64,000 nucleotides of DNA. Source: Candidatus Dojkabacteria bacterium. Lineage in GTDB: Bacteria > Patescibacteriota > Dojkabacteria > JAOAGR01. Position 1 is the stretch's first letter. Every line of letters begins with the position of its first letter. Where the stretch lies: assembly GCA_026415655.1 (NCBI GenBank), contig JAOAGR010000002.1, forward strand, positions 64,094-128,093, read 5' to 3'. Position numbers and translations under genes: made by a program. Under the pieces are notes generated by a model that saw nothing but the letters and a program-made list of their open reading frames with translations, did not search any database and was not told the DNA's origin. Below, piece after piece: positions 57,703 through 64,000 of the stretch.

Positions 57703-59194
57703 ACTAACACAAAAATTAATTAATAGTCCAAGATTTTACCGTTTCTTGGAGATGCTTCCAGGTATACTATCTCTTGGTTTTATTTGTCTTCCTTTGGTAT
57801 TGGCCCTTTTCAATCCCATGTGGGCTGCTTATTTTATCCTTTTGTACATGGTTTATTGGACATATAACAGTATAAAGTTTGTTGTATATGCTTTTATAGC
57901 GCATAAAAAGGTTTTAACGGTAAAATCCATTGACTGGCTGGAAAAGTTAAAAAATGATTATCCAGGTGAATGGAACAAATTTTATTATGTAGCACTCATA
58001 CCTTTTGCTTCCGAATCGATAAATGTATTGCGACCTACAGTACAATCTATAGTTGATAATAACTGGCCAAAAGAACGTAAAATATTATGTTTATCTTCAG
58101 AAAAAGCCATTCCAAAAGGAAAACAGGTTGCCGAAGAGCTTAGAGATATTTATAAAGATGAATTTGCATATATCTTTATTACAGAGCACGAACTAAAAGA
58201 AGGAGAGCTGAAGGGAAAATCAGCCAATCAAAACCATGCCGCTAGATTTTTGTATGATGAACTAACGAAATTAAGTTTTGAGCCAAAATATGTTTTATTA
58301 ACAAGCAATGATGCAGATGTACGAAATGACAAAGAGTATATTCCTTATTTAATATATAAGTTTTTATCTGAAGGCGATGATCGTTATTTTCGCATTTTCC
58401 AGCCTATACCAACAGATTATTCTGATTTCTGGGATGCCAAATTTTTTTCGCGTTTGATTGTTTCTATAGGTGCAAATTGGAGACTAGCTCTGCAACAGAG
58501 AGATAACTATCGTTGTACGGTTTATTCATTTTATTCGATGAGTTTATATACATTAAAAGAAATTGGATTTTGGGATGTGGATCTTATTCCGGAGGACGAG
58601 CGTACAATGTTTAAAGCTTTATTTCGATTTGGAGAAAAATTTAAAGTTGTGCCTTTATTTATTAATACGTATGGTAATCCTGTTCAATCGGATTCATTCT
58701 GGAAGGCAGCAAAAGAACAGTACATACAGGTCCGCCGTTGGGCTTGGGGCGCATCGGAGTTCGCCTATTCTTTTACTCATGCATTAAAAAATACACATGT
58801 CTCGTGGAGAGTAAAACTCTTACCCATATTCAATCAATTACGAACAGTAGTAGAATGGTCTTCATCATCTATATTACCTTTGTTAGGAGGATACATACCA
58901 GGACTTTTCAGTGAGGAATTTAGACTTACTACACTGAATTATTATCTGGGTTCAACTATTGTTTTACTCATACAGTTAGCTTCATTATTGGTTTTGATGA
59001 TTGTTTATATAGAGTATCAGTTAATACCGAAAAACGATAAAACCAAAGGTATGACTAGGTTGTTAAAGTATGTCCATTGGATACTTATGCCTTATGTTGG
59101 TTTGATTTTTAGCTCGATACCCGCTTTAGATGCGCAAATAAGACTTCTTTTGAACAGACGTATTGTTTATGTCGAAAGCAAAAAAGAAAAGTAA
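57683..59194 (+). CDS. Membrane-embedded family-2 glycosyltransferase (processive, QxxRW type)
   Basis: 'LLTSNDADVRND' (DxD-like) and 'EQYIQVRRWAWGASEF' (QxRRW), with N- and C-terminal TM helices. 503 aa. Confidence 0.5.
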   Translation: MHKRINKLTQKLINSPRFYRFLEMLPGILSLGFICLPLVLALFNPMWAAYFILLYMVYWTYNSIKFVVYAFIAHKKVLTVKSIDWLEKLKNDYPGEWNKFYYVALIPFASESINVLRPTVQSIVDNNWPKERKILCLSSEKAIPKGKQVAEELRDIYKDEFAYIFITEHELKEGELKGKSANQNHAARFLYDELTKLSFEPKYVLLTSNDADVRNDKEYIPYLIYKFLSEGDDRYFRIFQPIPTDYSDFWDAKFFSRLIVSIGANWRLALQQRDNYRCTVYSFYSMSLYTLKEIGFWDVDLIPEDERTMFKALFRFGEKFKVVPLFINTYGNPVQSDSFWKAAKEQYIQVRRWAWGASEFAYSFTHALKNTHVSWRVKLLPIFNQLRTVVEWSSSSILPLLGGYIPGLFSEEFRLTTLNYYLGSTIVLLIQLASLLVLMIVYIEYQLIPKNDKTKGMTRLLKYVHWILMPYVGLIFSSIPALDAQIRLLLNRRIVYVESKKEK

Positions 59195-60332
59195 TTTTCA
59201 TTCTCAAAAAATTTTGGTAACAGGGGGACACTTAACACCTGCACAAGCCTGTATAGAAGAATTAATTGCAAAAAATTATAAAAATATCGTCTATGTTGGA
59301 CAAAAACGTACGATTTTATTTGATAAAAATTTGTCTGCAGAATATAAAGTGATTACTTCATTGAATTTAAAGTTTATAAGCATCATTGCAGGTAAATACT
59401 CTAGGTTTTTAAATTTTCATGCTTTAATTTGGCTTTTTAGAATCCCCATAGGCTTTATTCATGCACTCTTGATTCTTTTATCAGAAAGGCCTAAATTAGT
59501 TTTGAGTTTTGGGAGTCATGTTGCATTGCCTATTGTATTCTGGGCAAGAATGTTATCGATACCAGTTGTTACACACGAACAAACGGTTACTATTGGTTTG
59601 TCAAATAAAATAATCCAATTTTTTGCTGATAAAGTATGTTATTCATGGGAAAACAATGAATATAATGTCGATAATGATAAATATATATTAACAGGTAATC
59701 CTGTACGTAAAGCAATCAGAGAAAGTTACAATTCGATTAGTAGTATGACTAAAAACAATGACGGTAATATTACTATACTTGTTACTGGAGGAAATCAAGG
59801 GGCTCATGTTATAAATCAATATATTTGCGATAATATTCACACCCTCATTAAAAAATATAGAATAATTCATTTAACAGGTTCAAATACCATTTTTAATGAT
59901 TATTCAAAAGCTAAACAAATAGAAAACATTATTAATAACAAATTTGATCAGCCAAGATATTTTGTTTATGACTACGTTTCTGTAAATGATATGATTAATT
60001 TTTATAAAAAAGCCGATATATTAATAACTAGAGCAGGGGCAAATACCGTAGCTGAAATAATAATTTTAAGAAAAAAAGCACTGGTTATACCCATAAAGAC
60101 AACATCAGGAAATGAACAATTTTTAAATGCAAAATTACTAGAAAAACTGGGATTAGGTCACACTATTAATCAAGATGATTTATATAGAGTTAATTTGGAT
60201 AAATTAATAGTTGATCTTTTAAAAACCAGTATTGAGGAAAAAGAAATAGAGAGTATATCAAAATTACATTTAAATGCTCACAAAAACATAGTCAAACTTG
60301 TATTAGACATATTAGAAGAAAAAACACTATAA
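59163..60332 (+). CDS. murG: MurG-like GT28 glycosyltransferase (undecaprenyl-PP-MurNAc-pentapeptide GlcNAc transferase)
   Basis: 'KILVTGGHLTPAQACIEEL' resembles the MurG 'GGTGGHvfPalA' N-terminus. 'ILVTGGNQGAHVIN' resembles 'lvvGGSqGA..lN'. 389 aa. Confidence 0.55.
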   Translation: MFMSKAKKKSNFHSQKILVTGGHLTPAQACIEELIAKNYKNIVYVGQKRTILFDKNLSAEYKVITSLNLKFISIIAGKYSRFLNFHALIWLFRIPIGFIHALLILLSERPKLVLSFGSHVALPIVFWARMLSIPVVTHEQTVTIGLSNKIIQFFADKVCYSWENNEYNVDNDKYILTGNPVRKAIRESYNSISSMTKNNDGNITILVTGGNQGAHVINQYICDNIHTLIKKYRIIHLTGSNTIFNDYSKAKQIENIINNKFDQPRYFVYDYVSVNDMINFYKKADILITRAGANTVAEIIILRKKALVIPIKTTSGNEQFLNAKLLEKLGLGHTINQDDLYRVNLDKLIVDLLKTSIEEKEIESISKLHLNAHKNIVKLVLDILEEKTL

Positions 60333-60345
60333 GAACAGATATATA

Positions 60346-60576
60346 TTACATAGGCAATATTGTTTGATTATCATCTAAGTTTTGAGATCCGCATCTTGGG
60401 CATTTTGTATGTTTTGTACTTCCTTCATACACATAGCCGCAATCCTTACATATGATATGGTATATCACGATATTAGTCGTTTGATTTAAGTTGTTTGGTG
60501 TTCTTGAAGTATCTATTACGCCCGCCAATATATCGGGGTCTAATTGATAATCTTGACTGCTGCTTTGGTTTGGCAT
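60346..60576 (-). CDS. Small zinc-ribbon protein, hypothetical
   Basis: 76 aa. 'CKDCGYVYEGSTKHTKCPRCG' has a CxxC...CxxC pattern. Confidence 0.35.
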   Translation of the reverse strand: MPNQSSSQDYQLDPDILAGVIDTSRTPNNLNQTTNIVIYHIICKDCGYVYEGSTKHTKCPRCGSQNLDDNQTILPM

Positions 60577-60631
60577 CTTATATTTTTATTGATATATTTT
60601 ATTAAAACTGATAATATTATCAAGTTTAATT

Positions 60632-60925
60632 ATGGCATCTACAAAAAATCAAAAAAGTGATATTTTAAGTATGACTGACGAAGAGATAATTTCTACATTT
60701 GCTGTGTCAGAAAAAGATACAGGTTCTCCTGAAGTTCAGGTAGCTTTATTTACTAAAAGAATACAAAATTTGATTGAGCACTTGAAAAAAAATAAAAAGG
60801 ATCTTCATTCAAGGCGAGGGCTTCTGCAGATGATTGGAAAAAGAAGAAGAATGCTTGAGTATCTTAAAAGAAAAGATGAGGCAAGGTACAAGAAAATAAT
60901 TGATGCTGTTGGACTAAAAAGATAG
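60632..60925 (+). CDS. rpsO: 30S ribosomal protein S15
   Basis: '[52 protein letters not shown]' is a typical S15. Immediately upstream of pnp. Confidence 0.9.
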   Translation: MASTKNQKSDILSMTDEEIISTFAVSEKDTGSPEVQVALFTKRIQNLIEHLKKNKKDLHSRRGLLQMIGKRRRMLEYLKRKDEARYKKIIDAVGLKR

Positions 60926-60927
60926 CT

Positions 60928-63039
60928 ATGCAAAAAAATAAATTTTCTTTCGATTTTTACGATAAAGAATATGTTATAGAATTTGGACATATTGGTTTTA
61001 ATTCGGATGTATGTTTCTTATTGACCTGTAGAGGGACTTCGGTGCTTTTAAATCTGGTAATTGGAAAAGAAGACACTGCTTTAGATTTCTTTCCTTTAAC
61101 AGTCGAGTATATTGAGAAGCTTTATGCATCTGGACAAATAGCATCTTCACCTTATATCAAAAATGAAGGTAAGCCCAATGATCATGAAATATTACATGCG
61201 CGTTTAATAGATCATGCCATACGTTCTTTATTTCCATCTGATCTTAGAAGAGAGGTACAAATCGTGTGTCAAGTTGTTTCTTATGATGGAGTTGTAGATC
61301 CTGTTTTGGTATCAATAGTTGGCGTTAGTTTTGCAATCACATACTCCGGCTTACCTTTTTTAGGACCCTACGGAACAACAAAGATTGGTTATAAAAACGG
61401 TGACTTCTTGATTAATGCGGATCTAAGTGAATTTGTTGATTCCGAAATGGAAATGTTTGTGTCTAGTGTAGAGAAGGGAATAGTCTCTATCGAGGCAGAT
61501 ATACATAATTTGTCCGATGAAATAGTAAAAGAAGCCATTAAAATAGCGCATGAAAGGAATTTTTATTTAATTGAGAAACAAAAAGAATTTGTAAATTTAT
61601 TTTCACCCAAAACTTTAGATATAGTAAAAGAGAAAGATGAGAGTCTTTTGCAACCATATTATGATGAAATTTATACAACTTTTAAAAATGATATAGAAGC
61701 TGCAATTTATGTAACAGACAAAAAAAATAGAGAGAATAATATCAGGGAACTGTATGAAAAGATAAAAAGTCATTTTACTGAAAACTTTAATGACCAACAA
61801 ATTGATGAGAATGTTATAAAGCAGGCTTTCGAAAAAGCTCAAAAAAAGATTGTCAGATCAAATATAATTGATTATGAAAAAAGACCTGATGGAAGAAAAT
61901 TGGACGAAATAAGATCAATATCGATCCAAGTGGGTGTTCTTCCTTCGGTCCATGGTTCATCGTTATTTACTAGGGGTGAGACTCAATCTCTGACTGTTGT
62001 GACTCTTGGTACGGATCAGGATGCGTTAATCTATCAAAATTTGGAAGGTGATCTCGCTAAAAGATATTTTCATCACTATAACATGCCAGGTTATGCTAAT
62101 GGAGAGATCGATAGAAAGATAGGATTTCAAAATAGGCGTGCAATAGGTCATGGTGCTATCGGTGAAAAATCGTTAAAAAACGTGTTACCAAAATACGAAG
62201 AGTTTCCTTATACCATCAGGGTAGTTTCAGAAATAGTATCATCAAATGGTTCTACTTCTATGGCAGCTACGTGTGGATCCACACTTGCTTTAATGGATGC
62301 AGGTGTTCCTATCAGGGATGTTATTGGTGGTATTGGTGTTGGTCTTGTTTATGAAAGTGAAGAAAAATATAAAATCTTAACTGATATTATAAATATTGAG
62401 GATTTTTATGGTGATATGGATTTTAAGATAACAGGTTCAGAACGTGGTATTACGGCCATTCAGTTAGACAACAAGCTATCAGGTATCCCCATAGACATTA
62501 TATTAGAAGCGATTGATGCTTCTGCTAGAGGTAGAAAATTTGTTATTGAACAGATGAAAAAATACATAAGCTCACCACGTTCTAAGGTTGCGGATAATGC
62601 ACCTAAAGTAAAGATTATAAAAATAAACCCAGAAAAAATCGCTGAGTTGATTGGTCCTGGAGGAAAAAATATAAAAGATATCATTGAAAAAACAAATACA
62701 GAAATAAAAATAAATCCTGATGGAACTGTAATTATTTATGGTAGGGAAGAGAACGGATTGAATAATGCAGTACAACAGATTAATAATATAGGATTTATTC
62801 TTGATGAAAATACAGAGTATCAAGCTGAGGTGATAAGAGTTGAAGAGTATGGTGCAATTGTACAAATTTTAAATACCAACACATTTGGTCTTATACATAT
62901 ATCTACGTTTAATAATTCATCAGACCACAAATTTGTCAAAATTGATCTAAATAAAGTATTTAAAGTTGGTGATCTAGTTAAGGTAAAATACATAGGTAAT
63001 GATGTTAAGGGAAGACCCAAATTTAGACTTGCACAATAA
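60928..63039 (+). CDS. pnp: Polyribonucleotide nucleotidyltransferase (PNPase)
   Basis: 703 aa. 'RPDGRKLDEIRSISIQVGVLPSVHGSSLFTRGETQSL' (RNase PH domain), plus KH and S1 ('YQAEVIRVEEYGAIVQI') at the C-terminus. Confidence 0.9.
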   Translation: MQKNKFSFDFYDKEYVIEFGHIGFNSDVCFLLTCRGTSVLLNLVIGKEDTALDFFPLTVEYIEKLYASGQIASSPYIKNEGKPNDHEILHARLIDHAIRSLFPSDLRREVQIVCQVVSYDGVVDPVLVSIVGVSFAITYSGLPFLGPYGTTKIGYKNGDFLINADLSEFVDSEMEMFVSSVEKGIVSIEADIHNLSDEIVKEAIKIAHERNFYLIEKQKEFVNLFSPKTLDIVKEKDESLLQPYYDEIYTTFKNDIEAAIYVTDKKNRENNIRELYEKIKSHFTENFNDQQIDENVIKQAFEKAQKKIVRSNIIDYEKRPDGRKLDEIRSISIQVGVLPSVHGSSLFTRGETQSLTVVTLGTDQDALIYQNLEGDLAKRYFHHYNMPGYANGEIDRKIGFQNRRAIGHGAIGEKSLKNVLPKYEEFPYTIRVVSEIVSSNGSTSMAATCGSTLALMDAGVPIRDVIGGIGVGLVYESEEKYKILTDIINIEDFYGDMDFKITGSERGITAIQLDNKLSGIPIDIILEAIDASARGRKFVIEQMKKYISSPRSKVADNAPKVKIIKINPEKIAELIGPGGKNIKDIIEKTNTEIKINPDGTVIIYGREENGLNNAVQQINNIGFILDENTEYQAEVIRVEEYGAIVQILNTNTFGLIHISTFNNSSDHKFVKIDLNKVFKVGDLVKVKYIGNDVKGRPKFRLAQ

Positions 63040-63041
63040 TT

Positions 63042-63482
63042 ATGATAAAATTATTACATATGAGACTAAGCTCGGGGTTGAACAGATTTTTACTTTTTTT
63101 ATTAATTAATTTCTTATCATTTTTAATAATTATTCCTGATGTATTGGCACAAAGTAATAATACAACCAGTCAATGCCCGGCTAACGCTATTTACAATCCT
63201 TTAGATCCTAATTGTGATAGAAACCTTAATCTAGGTATAATATTTAATGTAATACTTAATGTAGTTCCATTCATAGTAGTACTTATAGCAGTCGGATTTT
63301 TTGCTTGGGGGGCAATAAAAATTATTATTGCTGGTGAAGACAGCAACGCAAGAGAAAAAGGTATAGAAACCATGAGAAATGCGATAATAGGGTTGGTAGC
63401 GTTCTTTCTCATTGGGATGATTCTTTGGATTGTATCATTAGTGACCGGTTCTGATATAGCATCGTTTATTTTGGGTAATTAA
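63042..63482 (+). CDS. Small secreted two-TM protein, possible TrbC/VirB2-like pilin
   Basis: 146 aa. Long signal peptide ending '..DVLAQ'. Cys pair (QCPANAIYNPLDPNCD). Two hydrophobic helices separated by 'AGEDSNAREKGIETMRN'. Architecture as in T4SS pilins. Confidence 0.4.
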   Translation: MIKLLHMRLSSGLNRFLLFLLINFLSFLIIIPDVLAQSNNTTSQCPANAIYNPLDPNCDRNLNLGIIFNVILNVVPFIVVLIAVGFFAWGAIKIIIAGEDSNAREKGIETMRNAIIGLVAFFLIGMILWIVSLVTGSDIASFILGN

Positions 63483-63485
63483 ATT

Positions 63486-64000
63486 ATGTGGATGTCAAAA
63501 AATAAAATAAAAATAATTAATTTTATTTTATTTATACTGATTTTTATATTATTCTTTGTTTATAGTTCTAATATCTTTCCTGTTTTTGCCAATACGACAC
63601 CTACTAATACATGTGATATTAACTGTCTAAGGCAGAAGCTTGGTCTTGTCGATCAACAAGGCAATAATACTGTACAAGATACATTTGGACTTCTTGAGCC
63701 AAGAGATCCAAATGATTTTATTATACTAGTTTTTCAGATACTTATTTATGCTGCTTTGATAATAGCTGTTGGTAGCATAGTTTTTGCGGGGTATAAGATT
63801 GCGGGGGCAGGTGATAATGCTGAAGAAAGAAAAAAAGGTTTTGATAGATTAATTTGGTCTATCGTCGGATTTGTTTTGGCAATTTTAGCACTTACAATTA
63901 TAAATCTGATTTCATCTTTTTTTGGCTACCAATTTGATGGTAATATTACTGAGCAACTTTGTAAGAATTTACAAAATTATCCAAATCCCGATCAGAAACT
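63486..64000 (+). CDS. Paralog of the preceding small secreted two-TM protein (3' end beyond the window)
   Basis: ATG at 63486. Signal peptide, Cys pair (NTCDINC). 'IAVGSIVFAGYKIAGAGDNAEERKKGFDRLIWSIVGFVLAILAL' parallels 'IAVGFFAWGAIKIIIAGEDSNAREKGIETMRNAIIGLVAFFLI' of the upstream gene. No stop before the window end. Confidence 0.4.
   Translation, partial: MWMSKNKIKIINFILFILIFILFFVYSSNIFPVFANTTPTNTCDINCLRQKLGLVDQQGNNTVQDTFGLLEPRDPNDFIILVFQILIYAALIIAVGSIVFAGYKIAGAGDNAEERKKGFDRLIWSIVGFVLAILALTIINLISSFFGYQFDGNITEQLCKNLQNYPNPDQK

Noticed and set aside
1-64000. CRISPR arrays, rRNA genes, IS elements/transposases
   Set aside because: No spaced direct-repeat arrays, no rRNA-like conserved blocks and no DDE-transposase-like ORFs were seen. 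The only recombinase is the tyrosine recombinase at 1399-2271.
1-64000. Alternative genetic code (UGA recoding, as in some CPR lineages)
   Set aside because: Under the standard code the window reads as long, intact, well-conserved ORFs (e.g. mutS 854 aa, clp 881 aa, pnp 703 aa). The one notable in-frame stop is a TAA, not TGA.

Overview
This is an AT-rich (roughly 30% GC by eye) bacterial chromosomal segment that reads intact under the standard genetic code and is dominated by housekeeping genes. A small-genome Patescibacteria/CPR-like lineage is an inference only.

Housekeeping genes I recognise by motif: trxB, pth, rplS, murT-gatD, ppa, trmD, an LCP-family protein, hrcA, mutS, metG, phosphoketolase, two Clp AAA+ paralogs, rpsT, rnhB, sufS, gatB, yidC-jag, murG-like, rpsO-pnp. 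There are three tRNAs: Arg-TCG, Arg-GCG and Asp-GTC.

Features worth a second look:
- A tyrosine recombinase sits directly at the 3' end of tRNA-Arg(TCG), with membrane-protein cargo running off the left edge of the window.
- Two divergent RimK-like ATP-grasp ligases, a third stand-alone ATP-grasp gene, and a 963-aa PEP-synthase/PPDK-like protein whose swivel domain lacks the histidine, the latter in an operon with two unknown proteins.
- A GC-rich islet of about 2.9 kb downstream of tRNA-Arg(GCG) that carries an HExxH protein and a stretch with no convincing coding.
- Two divergent enolase paralogs, both substituted at canonical catalytic positions.
- A GT39-like glycosyltransferase split by a single in-frame TAA.
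- CIRCE-like inverted repeats of the same variant form upstream of hrcA and of one clp paralog.
- A small-secreted-protein islet with raised GC at 24.4-25.9 kb.
- Tandem paralogous small secreted membrane proteins (possibly TrbC/VirB2-like pilins) at the right edge.

I saw no CRISPR array, rRNA gene or transposase.
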